A stretch of DNA of 64,000 nt from contig JAHWIP010000003.1 of NCBI GenBank assembly GCA_019322375.1, positions 6,792-70,791 of the forward strand, in the 5' to 3' direction. Both the position numbers and the translations under genes were made by a program. Below, piece by piece: positions 28,821-37,451 of the stretch. The stretch's first letter is position 1. Each line of letters opens with the position of its first letter. Source of the stretch: Candidatus Woesearchaeota archaeon. Lineage in GTDB: Archaea; Nanobdellota; Nanobdellia; Woesearchaeales; SM23-78. The notes beneath the pieces were generated by a model. The model worked only from the letters and a program-made list of their open reading frames with translations, was not told the origin of the DNA and made no database searches.

Positions 28821-29609
28821 TTACTCCCCCAACCCCATCTCTTTTAGCACATAATCCTGCATGCTTCTGCTCTTCTTGTTTATACTTGAAAAATATTTTT
28901 CTCCTAGAAGAAGTCCTGCCACTCTTTCATACTCTTTGCTGGCTTTGCTTTTTGGATGGCTGTGAGTAACAGGATACTTTTTCTTTTGGGCTTTTCTCAC
29001 GCTTTTATCATAAGGTATTGCTCCGATAACAGGAATATTCAGGAGTTTTTCAACTTCATTAACTTTTAATTCGTGCTTATCCTCTTTGACTTTGTTAACA
29101 ACAACTCCAAGAATGGTTTTTCCAAGCTCCTGCGCTACCTGGATTGTTTTCTGGGCATCAAGCACAGAGCTGAGCTCAGGATTAATTATAATTAATACTT
29201 CATCACTTGCTTCTATTGCACTAATCGCTTCTCTGCTAAGCCCTGCTCCGCTGTCTAATAAGATAATATCTGCTTCTCCTTCAAGGTCTCTGATAGTGTT
29301 TTTTAGTTTTTCAAACTTTAATCTTTTTAAGTCATGCACATTGCTTATAGTGGGAACAAGCCTTAAGCCTGATTCATGAGTGTATATTGCTTGTTTTAGA
29401 GAAGCTTCATCTCTTAACACACTCATCAAAGTCTTTCTTAGAACAGGAGCTCCTAAATGGATATTAACATTAGGGGTTGTAAGATTAGCGTCCACTAATA
29501 ATGTTTTTTTATGCTTGCCCATGGCATGAGCCAGGCTAATGGCGCTGGTAGTCTTGCCTACTCCTCCTTTGCCACTAACAATGCAGATGTAACGGCTCAA
29601 AAAAAACAC
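28821..29609 (-). CDS. minD: MinD/ParA-family ATPase
   Basis: SGKGGVGKTT deviant Walker A, ILLDSGAG Walker B region; 262 aa. Confidence 0.75.
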   Translation of the reverse strand: MFFLSRYICIVSGKGGVGKTTSAISLAHAMGKHKKTLLVDANLTTPNVNIHLGAPVLRKTLMSVLRDEASLKQAIYTHESGLRLVPTISNVHDLKRLKFEKLKNTIRDLEGEADIILLDSGAGLSREAISAIEASDEVLIIINPELSSVLDAQKTIQVAQELGKTILGVVVNKVKEDKHELKVNEVEKLLNIPVIGAIPYDKSVRKAQKKKYPVTHSHPKSKASKEYERVAGLLLGEKYFSSINKKSRSMQDYVLKEMGLGE

Positions 29610-29623
29610 CTCTTTTTTTATGG

Positions 29624-30079
29624 TTACTCATTAACCTTGTTCTCAACCCATTCATGAAACTCTTTTATCATGTTATAGTAATCTGTTGCTATATCTATAT
29701 CCACTGTGACTTCTTTATCATCAATTATTGTTCTCAGAGTGACGTGCCGTCTGAATTCCTGCTCTTTTTTAGGATTAGTTTTAATAATCTTTCTTAGTAA
29801 AAAGTAGAGCTCCATGTTCTTCTGAACAATATCATCTGTAAAGAGCTGTTTTACAAGATTGCCTTTTTCCAAAGGGGTCTTGGGTATGTGCTCTTCTAGT
29901 CTCATTTTTTTATCAACAGCCAGTTTTAACAAGCAGTCTATCAAGCAGTTATAAGCATCTATCATTCTGCCAATAGTATTCATAAGCACATCCACTGTTC
30001 TTGTGTATTTCAAACTAACATATATCTGGTGGTCTACTCTTTTCAGCTCATCAAGGGCTTCTTGTAAAGATTCTTTCAT
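29624..30079 (-). CDS. Hypothetical protein, paralog of upstream gene, co-operonic with MinD
   Basis: 151 aa; N-terminus E.LQEALDELKRVDHQIY.. resembles neighbour. Confidence 0.35.
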   Translation of the reverse strand: MKESLQEALDELKRVDHQIYVSLKYTRTVDVLMNTIGRMIDAYNCLIDCLLKLAVDKKMRLEEHIPKTPLEKGNLVKQLFTDDIVQKNMELYFLLRKIIKTNPKKEQEFRRHVTLRTIIDDKEVTVDIDIATDYYNMIKEFHEWVENKVNE

Positions 30080-30545
30080 GCTGGCTCACGATTTTGTTTA
30101 TATTATCCACAAAAACCTTGGTTTCAAAAATATATTTTTTTACCAGGTTAATATCAATGGTTTTTAAGCTGTAGCTAGGAGAGCAGATAACAAACTTGTC
30201 TTTTCTTGCGAATTCAACAGGGCTTTTTTTATGCTCAGAGATTATTGTTCTTACATCATTTATCAGCTTGGCATGGCTTGGGCTGAGCTTGTACCTGGGC
30301 ACCATCTTGCTCTTAAAAATATCAAACCTGGAAGGGAAGGTATCATGATAAGGAGGAATCCTCTTAAACAGTCTTTCATGCTGCAATAAAGCACTCATGC
30401 CAAAATCAAGGCTTGCAAATATATTTTCAATAATAGCCAGCAATAACTTAGGGTCTTTTACCAGGGGATAAGTCATAAAAAGCATGTGGTCAGCTACTTT
30501 TATCTTTTGTAGAGCCTTATCTCTCAGAATCTGGAATTCTTCCAT
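30051..30545 (-). CDS. Hypothetical protein (MinD-operon paralog)
   Basis: 164 aa; overlaps next gene by 29 nt. Confidence 0.35.
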   Translation of the reverse strand: MEEFQILRDKALQKIKVADHMLFMTYPLVKDPKLLLAIIENIFASLDFGMSALLQHERLFKRIPPYHDTFPSRFDIFKSKMVPRYKLSPSHAKLINDVRTIISEHKKSPVEFARKDKFVICSPSYSLKTIDINLVKKYIFETKVFVDNINKIVSQHERIFTRSP

Positions 30546-30634
30546 GCTAATTCATTTCACCCTCAAGAATATTAAGCACAGAAAGTATATAAATCTTTGT
30601 GTTGGGAAGTATTTCTTTGTGTTAAGAACTAGTT

Positions 30635-30976
30635 TTACTCCTTCTTCAACTTTAAAATAGCTTCTGCAAGGTCTCCTTTGCATTCCTCAATAGCAGCTTT
30701 AGCATCCTTTTCAGAAGCATCTGTCTGCTCCATCACAGTTTTGACATCATCATCACTAATATCAGGTGTAGAATCAAGTTCTCTGATCTCTTCTTCACCA
30801 ACAACCTGGTAAGTCTGTTGCCCCATCATGTTAACCTTGGACACACTAGGGTTAGAAATAACAATCTCTTTGTCCTCAAGCTTAATAATAACTTCTTTAG
30901 CATCTATTTCCTGCTGCTGAATACCCATACGTTTCATGGCCTGCTTCATTTGTCTAGGATTCATACCCGGGATCAT
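30635..30976 (-). CDS. nac: Nascent polypeptide-associated complex alpha subunit (archaeal NAC, NAC + UBA)
   Basis: MNPRQMKQAMKRMGIQQQEIDAKEVIIK.. and C-terminal DDDVKTVMEQTDASEKDAKAAIEECKGDLAEAILKL UBA-like. Confidence 0.8.
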   Translation of the reverse strand: MIPGMNPRQMKQAMKRMGIQQQEIDAKEVIIKLEDKEIVISNPSVSKVNMMGQQTYQVVGEEEIRELDSTPDISDDDVKTVMEQTDASEKDAKAAIEECKGDLAEAILKLKKE

Positions 30977-30992
30977 TTAAACACCTCTTAAT

Positions 30993-31160
30993 CTAAAAGC
31001 CTCCACCTTGAAGATGAAGAATAATAACAATAATAACAACAAGAATTACAAGAACAATTACATGCTCTGGCTTGAACTCAATCTTAGACTTATAATCATC
31101 AAAATACCTGGTAATACCTGCTCCTGAGCTAGGCATCTGAATCTTGTCTTGTTTTCCCAT
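30993..31160 (-). CDS. secG: Preprotein translocase subunit Sec61-beta (SecG)
   Basis: 55 aa MGKQDKIQMPSSGAGITRYFDDYKSKIEFKPEHVIVLVILVVIIVIILHLQGGGF; SSGAGITRYFD..KPEHV + C-terminal TM matches archaeal Sec61-beta; below ORF-track cutoff. Confidence 0.7.
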   Translation of the reverse strand: MGKQDKIQMPSSGAGITRYFDDYKSKIEFKPEHVIVLVILVVIIVIILHLQGGGF

Positions 31161-31195
31161 AGTTTTAAGGAGTTAAAAGGTGTTTAAAAAGGTTA

Positions 31196-31633
31196 TTATT
31201 TAAACAGATGTTCTTTTATTTTTTCAATCCTTTTTTGGTTGCATTCTATTATTTCTAATTCACACATATTTATGAATTCATTTATGGTTTCAAGGTTTGG
31301 AGGCTTTGGCTTTTTTAGATAGTACTGTGTGTTAATTCTGTTTTCTTTTAAGCCTTCAAGGAAATCTGTGAATCTTTTGAGTCTTTCATAGTGTTGTGTT
31401 AGAAGAATACTGCATGAATGTATTTCGCTTTTGATCCCATACCTAATGAGTAAAGCAGATAACGCATTGTAGCATGCATAATAAGAGATTATTACCTTCC
31501 AAATAGGATTTTGTCTTTCTATGTTTTCCTGGTCTAATTTTGCTCTTTTAAGGTATGAATCTGAAAGGTTTTTGTTTGGATGAATTAGTTTTATTCCTTT
31601 TGGTTGTTTTAAGCACCATTTTAATTGTTCCAT
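31196..31633 (-). CDS. HEPN-domain protein (toxin of HEPN/MNT pair)
   Basis: 145 aa all-helical; downstream of and overlapping MNT gene by 13 nt. Confidence 0.5.
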   Translation of the reverse strand: MEQLKWCLKQPKGIKLIHPNKNLSDSYLKRAKLDQENIERQNPIWKVIISYYACYNALSALLIRYGIKSEIHSCSILLTQHYERLKRFTDFLEGLKENRINTQYYLKKPKPPNLETINEFINMCELEIIECNQKRIEKIKEHLFK

Positions 31634-32199
31634 TCCAGCACCATTTTTGCGAATTCATTATAATTACCAAACAAGACATGGTTTTTTATTACCTCAACTG
31701 CTAATGTATTCTTGTTTTTATAGAGTTTCCTGAATTCGTTTAAGGTGATGAAATGAGCATGTGCTTTATTAATCTTGCCAAGAATTTTTCGTATTTTTTG
31801 ACTTTTTTTCGCAAAAATTACTAAATCCAAGTCTGAATCTTTTATATTGGTTTTTAAGGCGTGACTCCCGAATATTACAAAATCTGCTTCTTTATGAAGT
31901 TCAGTTAAGATTGGTTTTAATAAAGGGTTTTTCTCTAGGAATTCCAGAGCTCTGTATGTTTCTGTCATTGTAAGGACAAATTCTGTGTTAAGGTTCTTTT
32001 TTAGGAAGTATTGTTTTATTTTTCCTTTAATTTCATAATCAAGAATGTTGTTTTCAACCAGCCCGCTTAGTTCTTTGCTGATTATTTTAATATCTGTCTT
32101 TGTAATCCTTTCTAGTTCTCTCATATAAGCTTCTTTTTTTTCTTTTTCAATAAGAGCCTGCATTATTTTAAAAATATTATTGTTGAATTTATTCATCAT
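31621..32199 (-). CDS. Minimal nucleotidyltransferase (MNT antitoxin-type)
   Basis: FVIFGSHALKTNIKDSDLDLVIF = GS..G...SDLDL pol-beta NTase motif. Confidence 0.6.
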   Translation of the reverse strand: MMNKFNNNIFKIMQALIEKEKKEAYMRELERITKTDIKIISKELSGLVENNILDYEIKGKIKQYFLKKNLNTEFVLTMTETYRALEFLEKNPLLKPILTELHKEADFVIFGSHALKTNIKDSDLDLVIFAKKSQKIRKILGKINKAHAHFITLNEFRKLYKNKNTLAVEVIKNHVLFGNYNEFAKMVLEWNN

Positions 32200-32261
32200 A
32201 TGTTGAAATAATTCAACAAAGTTTATAAATTTTGCTGAAAATTGATGCGTAATTTAGAAAA

Positions 32262-32630
32262 CTTAAGGTAGAGCAGTTATAAGCCGCCTTTTGTCAGCCT
32301 CCACGTCTTGCATGGGCAGGCTGTGCTTAACATTCTACTAAGCGTCTCAAAGGACTTGCACCAGTGAGGACTCGCCGTTTCACCCATTCCCATGGCTTAA
32401 AGCGGTCGGGTTGTTAACTCGCGCCCTGTTGCCAGAGTGCTTCATTACCCTCATTCCTATCCATAGGTGGTCTCGTTTCTGAGCCGTTGCCCTGGCTTTC
32501 ACCAGCTAGCTTCCACTAGTCACTTTTCATGGTGGGCGGACTTTCCTAAGCAGAACAAGTCAAAACCGCGCCTTTGAAAGCGCAGGAAATGATAGGTCCT
32601 ACCTGCTGTTAAGCCACTGCCCTACCTGTG
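32262..32630 (-). ncRNA. rnpB: RNase P RNA (type A)
   Basis: On minus strand: GGAAAGUCCGCCCACC (P4 5' strand), AUGGGUGAAACGGCGAGUCC (conserved J11/12-like block), ACAAAAGGCGGCUUAUA (P4 3' strand complementary to GUCCGCC); GC-rich ORF-free about 370 nt. Confidence 0.75.
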
Positions 32631-32699
32631 CATAAGAGGGTTTTAAGGGTTTAAAAAGCTTATCTTTTTTCGCCTCTATAGTAACATTTAAATACTAAT

Positions 32700-32754
32700 A
32701 ATTTCAAGGATAAGAGATAGGATTTAATACTTAAAAAAATAGAGGTGATTATCC
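32700..32754 (+). promoter_or_regulatory. Putative promoter/RBS of pilin operon (TATA-like ACATTTAAATACT; SD GAGGTGA)
   Basis: A/T-rich TATA-like box about 60 nt upstream and GAGGTGA 7 nt upstream of ATG 32755. Confidence 0.3.
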
Positions 32755-33042
32755 ATGGATAAAAAAGCCCAGGGTCTGAGTATGAATGTTATTATAATAG
32801 CAGCAATAGCTCTTTTAGTGCTTATCATTCTTGCTGTTCTTATCCTGAGAGCAGGTAAAGGAGTGACTGAAGGTACAGGGTGCAGAGGTGTTGGAGGAAT
32901 TTGTTATTCTAGCTGCACAGACTTGATTGAGGACAGAGGCGGAATGTGGGTTAAGAATCTTCCTAACAGCGGAAAGAATGGTGGCTGTTCAATAGACCAG
33001 GTTTGCTGTGTTGAACTATTAGAAACACCTGAGGATTACTAA
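32755..33042 (+). CDS. Small Cys-rich type IV pilin-like protein (major pilin candidate 1)
   Basis: 95 aa; MDKKAQGLSMNVIIIAAIALLVLIILAVLIL class III signal-like; C-terminal 6-Cys module ending QVCCVEL. Confidence 0.55.
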   Translation: MDKKAQGLSMNVIIIAAIALLVLIILAVLILRAGKGVTEGTGCRGVGGICYSSCTDLIEDRGGMWVKNLPNSGKNGGCSIDQVCCVELLETPEDY

Positions 33043-33044
33043 AA

Positions 33045-33335
33045 ATGAAGTTCTTGAATAATAAGAAAGGAGTCCAGCTAACCCTTTCTACAGTGGTTAT
33101 TGCAGTGCTTGTAATCATTGTGCTCATAGTGTTGATAGTGATTTTTACCCAGGGAACAGGCTTGTTCAACATAGGAATAACCAGCTGCGCTGATAGGGGA
33201 GGTAATTGTAATTACGAATCAGCAGATCAATGCGTTGATACTGGCGGCAGTGTTTACAGGTTTGGCAAGTGCACCGACGGGGTTTGCTGTATTCCTAAGG
33301 ACAAGCTTTCAGGGCAAGATGATAATCAAGACTAA
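33045..33335 (+). CDS. Small Cys-rich type IV pilin-like protein (major pilin candidate 2, tandem paralog)
   Basis: 96 aa; MKFLNNKKGVQLTLSTVVIAVLVIIVLIVL; C-terminal Cys module ending GVCCIPKD. Confidence 0.55.
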   Translation: MKFLNNKKGVQLTLSTVVIAVLVIIVLIVLIVIFTQGTGLFNIGITSCADRGGNCNYESADQCVDTGGSVYRFGKCTDGVCCIPKDKLSGQDDNQD

Positions 33336-35157
33336 TAAGAAGAGGGCTGAGCTCACTATAACCCAAGTAGTACTCATGGTTCTGGGTGTAGTTGTTCTTA
33401 TTGTGCTGCTTTTTGTTTTGAAAATAATACCCACAGGAATTAGAAGTCTTACGAGCTGCTCTGACTGGGGGCAGTGCAGGCCAGGAAATGTTTGCGCACC
33501 AAATGAATACATAAAATTTGAAGCAAAGGATGACTGTCCTGCAAACCATGTGTGCTGCGTGCCTACAACCACAAGGCCAGGACCTCTTCAGGATTTTAAT
33601 GAAAAAGAGCTTGAATACCTGAGAAATGCTATTATCATAAAGCTTAACAATGACCCTACGCCTATAAGCGATGTAGCAAGCCTTAACTTAAAAGTTGATA
33701 CTAATTATACATTTCGTATAAGTATTAATGATAAGCTCACCAAGGATAAAAAAACAAGTGAAAAGCTTGGCCCTTGCGCTGTTTATGTGGTTGACACAAG
33801 AGAAGCAGGCAAGAAATATTTATTAACAAATAAAGGCTGGGACTTGATTCTTTCTGACAAAGAGATTGATTTGAGCGGCATAGAGCTGGCTGAGTGCACT
33901 GAAGAAAGCATTAGGTTAAAAAAATATTCTCCTTCACTAAATGATGTTTACAAGGACTTGGTGCTGTATGTTATTCTTTTGGATAAGGAAGTTGTTGATG
34001 CACTTGAAGTATTAGAAACACACGACCCTGGCTTTGTTAAACTAACTGCTCCTGGGTTTGGCAGTGGAATTAATCTCCCTGATAGGGGGATGGCAGCTTT
34101 TTATAATCTCACAACAATGTACAGCAATGTTGACCACTGGCTTGCTTACAGAGCCATAAGACTTAATGTTGAGCCAGTAGTCCAGATTAGTGGTATGAGC
34201 GGAATATGGGTTGACAAGGACCCAATAACCATATCCTGCCCTGATGTTACCTGCATCAGGTTTGGCTTAAAACTAGTGAAACTAAAAGACAATGATTATT
34301 TACAGTTGGTAGAAGAGTGCAAGAAGCCAGAAGGCTTTAAGTACACTCTTGATTATGTTGCAGGAACAACAACAAAAACAACAGGCATACCATTGAACAT
34401 TAATATTGGAGGTTTCAGGATTCCTCCTCAAAGACAAAAACTCCAGTACATTGTAAGCCAAAAACCAATAACTGTTGTTAATAATAAAGCAGATGTTTTG
34501 ATTGACAGGGCTACCATGCTAAAAACCTTTTACTCAGGAGACCACGAGTTATTAATCGAGGACACTACTTATCTTTGCGTAGAAGCCACCAAGGATGACG
34601 GCTCAAAGGTTCATGGGCTCTCAGAGCAGCCTATTAAAGTGGATGTTTTTCCGCCCATGGTTGACCCTGACAAGGATGTGCAGTTATTTTATCCAGACCC
34701 AGTGATCTCATCAGACATATCAACCCCTTATTATTACAGGAAGTACCCTAAGATTGTTGTTTCTGGATGCTATGATTATGGCCAGAGCGGATGCACTAAT
34801 TATGATTACTATATTCATTCAGGAGAATTTGTTAATCTAAGGTCTCTGACAGCAGAGTGGGAGATAGGAATTGCTTCTTTGATACTAACAGAGGGCTTGA
34901 ATGCCCTGCTCACTTATTTTGCAGAAAAAGATGCTGTCAACACTATATGCCCGTTTATAACCAGCCATTCTTACACAAGAAACACCCGCAATGAGATAAG
35001 AATCCCAAGGCAAGGGCAGGGCATAATATGCATCAGGGTTAGTGACAAAGTAGGCAACAAAGACATTATCTGGAAGGTGCTCTGGACACCTGAAGAGATG
35101 TTCAAGAAAATTATTGCAGAAGGAGTGGCAGAGGCAGAAGAAGCAGTGACTGGATAG
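33319..35157 (+). CDS. Large pilin-like secreted protein (N-terminal module paralogous to small pilins)
   Basis: Start at MIIKTNKKRAELTITQVVLMVLGVVVLIVLL; same Cys module (..NHVCCVP) then about 500-aa extracellular region. Confidence 0.5.
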   Translation: MIIKTNKKRAELTITQVVLMVLGVVVLIVLLFVLKIIPTGIRSLTSCSDWGQCRPGNVCAPNEYIKFEAKDDCPANHVCCVPTTTRPGPLQDFNEKELEYLRNAIIIKLNNDPTPISDVASLNLKVDTNYTFRISINDKLTKDKKTSEKLGPCAVYVVDTREAGKKYLLTNKGWDLILSDKEIDLSGIELAECTEESIRLKKYSPSLNDVYKDLVLYVILLDKEVVDALEVLETHDPGFVKLTAPGFGSGINLPDRGMAAFYNLTTMYSNVDHWLAYRAIRLNVEPVVQISGMSGIWVDKDPITISCPDVTCIRFGLKLVKLKDNDYLQLVEECKKPEGFKYTLDYVAGTTTKTTGIPLNINIGGFRIPPQRQKLQYIVSQKPITVVNNKADVLIDRATMLKTFYSGDHELLIEDTTYLCVEATKDDGSKVHGLSEQPIKVDVFPPMVDPDKDVQLFYPDPVISSDISTPYYYRKYPKIVVSGCYDYGQSGCTNYDYYIHSGEFVNLRSLTAEWEIGIASLILTEGLNALLTYFAEKDAVNTICPFITSHSYTRNTRNEIRIPRQGQGIICIRVSDKVGNKDIIWKVLWTPEEMFKKIIAEGVAEAEEAVTG

Positions 35158-35321
35158 CAAGTTAACTTAACATCTCCCTTCTTAATAAAACCGAAAGTTT
35201 ATTATAATTCTGTTATGATAGATTAGGATATGAAAAAAGGAGATTTGTCAACACTGGCAACTGTTATAATTATATTATTAACTCTTGTGTTTATAATCTT
35301 TATTTTCGGAAGAATCTATGG

Positions 35322-36299
35322 GTGGTGGGGTTGAAAAGGATGAGCAGGATTAATAAAAAAGCAGGATTAAGCACATTACAAACAATTATCATTATCCTGC
35401 TCATATTTGTTGTTCTATTAATCTTTTACCAGGACTTAAGAGCAACTCTGTTAAAAAAATCTAACAGAGAGATATGCAGGGCTACTGCTCTTGCCCAGTC
35501 TGTTGCTGTGTGGGCGCCTGAAGGAGAGAATTTGGTTAGTCTTGAATGCAAGACTTACAAGGTTGTGTTTTTTGAAGACCATGTTGAGATTAATGATGAA
35601 ATAATTGAGGTGTATGACCCCAGGAAAAAAGATGTTGTTAAAAAGTTTAATGGCTTAACAGAGGACATTGTTAACTGGGTGATTGCAGAGGAGCTCAGAT
35701 GGTGCTGGTGGCAGTTTCTTGAAGGAAAAAAAAGCTTGTTAAACATGAAGAACTTTTTTGGCTCAGCAGAAAGAACCTGTTTTTTATGCACTGAAATAAC
35801 TTTTGATGAATCAGTTAAGACTGATGAATTCAAAAACTTCTTTAAGTACACCAAGGAAAAAACAATGCCTAATTCTGAAATGACTTATTACCAGTACTAT
35901 GCTGAGGAGCCCAGGAAGTGCATCTGGAGGTATGAAGAGATTATTGATGCAGATAATTGCTGGGAAGCCTATGCACAGGGCATCTCGCCTAATATAATAA
36001 CCAGCACTGTACAGCATTTTAAAGAGGCATTTAGCCATTGCTCAGGCATAATACCTGCTCTTTCAACTTACTGGTCTTCTGTAACGCATTATAGTGTTGT
36101 TAAAAACATAACCTTTGAGAAAGATAAAAAGTATGCTGTGACTTTTGTAAGGGAAGGAGCAACCTCAAGGCATCTTGAGCTAGAAAAATTAGTAAAAGGA
36201 GAGACTGATTGTTTTTTTGAAACTTATTTTTCATATGTAATCCCTTCTGATGAACTAGGAAAGCACTGCGGCCCTGTGAGAAGAGGCTCTATGAAATAA
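35322..36299 (+). CDS. Pilin-like secreted protein
   Basis: MSRINKKAGLSTLQTIIIILLIFVVLLIF (KKAG|LSTLQ class III motif); 325 aa, Cys/Trp-rich. Confidence 0.5.
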   Translation: MVGLKRMSRINKKAGLSTLQTIIIILLIFVVLLIFYQDLRATLLKKSNREICRATALAQSVAVWAPEGENLVSLECKTYKVVFFEDHVEINDEIIEVYDPRKKDVVKKFNGLTEDIVNWVIAEELRWCWWQFLEGKKSLLNMKNFFGSAERTCFLCTEITFDESVKTDEFKNFFKYTKEKTMPNSEMTYYQYYAEEPRKCIWRYEEIIDADNCWEAYAQGISPNIITSTVQHFKEAFSHCSGIIPALSTYWSSVTHYSVVKNITFEKDKKYAVTFVREGATSRHLELEKLVKGETDCFFETYFSYVIPSDELGKHCGPVRRGSMK

Positions 36300-36300
36300 A

Positions 36301-37197
36301 ATGAACAAGAAAGCCATTGTGTTTGACAAACTCATGACAGCTGTTCTGATAATCATTGTGCTGGCTGTTTTTATTTTTTTCCTGGTAAAGATAAAAATCC
36401 ATGCCTTAAAAATTGTTGAGGATTCTGAGTGCAAAGCAAGCATTATCAGCCATGCAACTCTTTTAAGGGTGACTGGAGAAGACACAACACCAGACATTCA
36501 CTGCCCTACCAAATATTATACTCTTCCAAAAGAAAGCAATGAAGAAATAAAGCATTATATTGCTGATTCATTAAAGACCTGCTGGGGAACCTGGGGCAAA
36601 GGAGAGCTTCAGTTATTTAACCAGCAAGGCTATTACTGCCATGTGTGCTCTGTGATTGATTTTGATGATAAAACAAAAAAAATACAAGGCCTGAACAATT
36701 ACCTGATTAATACGCCAACAGATAAAGATACCCCTCTCACATACATGGACTACCTCACAGGTTATGCATCTGAAAAAGCAGACCCTGCATTAATACAAGA
36801 GGTTCAGGAAAAAGGTTTTTCAGACACCATACACACTTCAAAGCCTTATGCAGTCATGTTTGTTTATGCCAAAGGAAAAACAGGTGTTAAAGCATTTCTT
36901 GATGGCATGGATGCTCTTGGCCTGGGAACAACAGGAGGAGGAATCACTACAGGGCTTGCACTGGGCTCAGCAGCAGGCATAGGGCTGGCAGCAGCAGGAG
37001 TGGCAAGTGGTGGAGCAGCAATTGTTATAGCAGGAGCAGTCACAGCTGCTGGCGGAGTGATAGGCTATATAACAGCAGATGATACTCACTGGATAGCCCT
37101 TACATTGTTCACAGAATACAATGCTGAAACCCTGAAAAGCATTGGGTGCGAGATAGCCCCTGCAAAGCAGGACAGAAAAACTGATGAAACTGGTTAA
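36301..37197 (+). CDS. Pilin-like protein with C-terminal Gly/Ala-rich glycine-zipper segment
   Basis: MNKKAIVFDKLMTAVLIIIVLAVFIFFLV; C-terminus GLGTTGGGITTGLALGSAAGIGLAAAGVASGGAAIVIAGAVTAAGGVIGYI. Confidence 0.45.
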   Translation: MNKKAIVFDKLMTAVLIIIVLAVFIFFLVKIKIHALKIVEDSECKASIISHATLLRVTGEDTTPDIHCPTKYYTLPKESNEEIKHYIADSLKTCWGTWGKGELQLFNQQGYYCHVCSVIDFDDKTKKIQGLNNYLINTPTDKDTPLTYMDYLTGYASEKADPALIQEVQEKGFSDTIHTSKPYAVMFVYAKGKTGVKAFLDGMDALGLGTTGGGITTGLALGSAAGIGLAAAGVASGGAAIVIAGAVTAAGGVIGYITADDTHWIALTLFTEYNAETLKSIGCEIAPAKQDRKTDETG

Positions 37198-37280
37198 AAA
37201 ACTTAATTTGGTGATTTAGTTAAAGCGAAAGCATTAAAAAACACAAAAGCATAAAAAATCTTGAAACAAGAGGTTTTAAC

Positions 37281-37442
37281 ATGAGTTATGGCATGAACCG
37301 TATGAACAAGAAAGCCCAGGAAACAATGAGTCCTGAAGGCGGCACACTAAGAATAATATGGTTTGTGATTGTCTTATTAGTACTTATTATTATTGTTTAT
37401 TTTGTTGCAACAAATTTTAAACTAATCAAACTGCCATTTTGA
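37281..37442 (+). CDS. Small membrane peptide (53 aa) within pilin cluster
   Basis: MSYGMNRMNKKAQETMSPEGGTLRIIWFVIVLLVLIIIVYFVATNFKLIKLPF; below ORF-track cutoff. Confidence 0.3.
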   Translation: MSYGMNRMNKKAQETMSPEGGTLRIIWFVIVLLVLIIIVYFVATNFKLIKLPF

Positions 37443-37451
37443 GGTTAAGAA

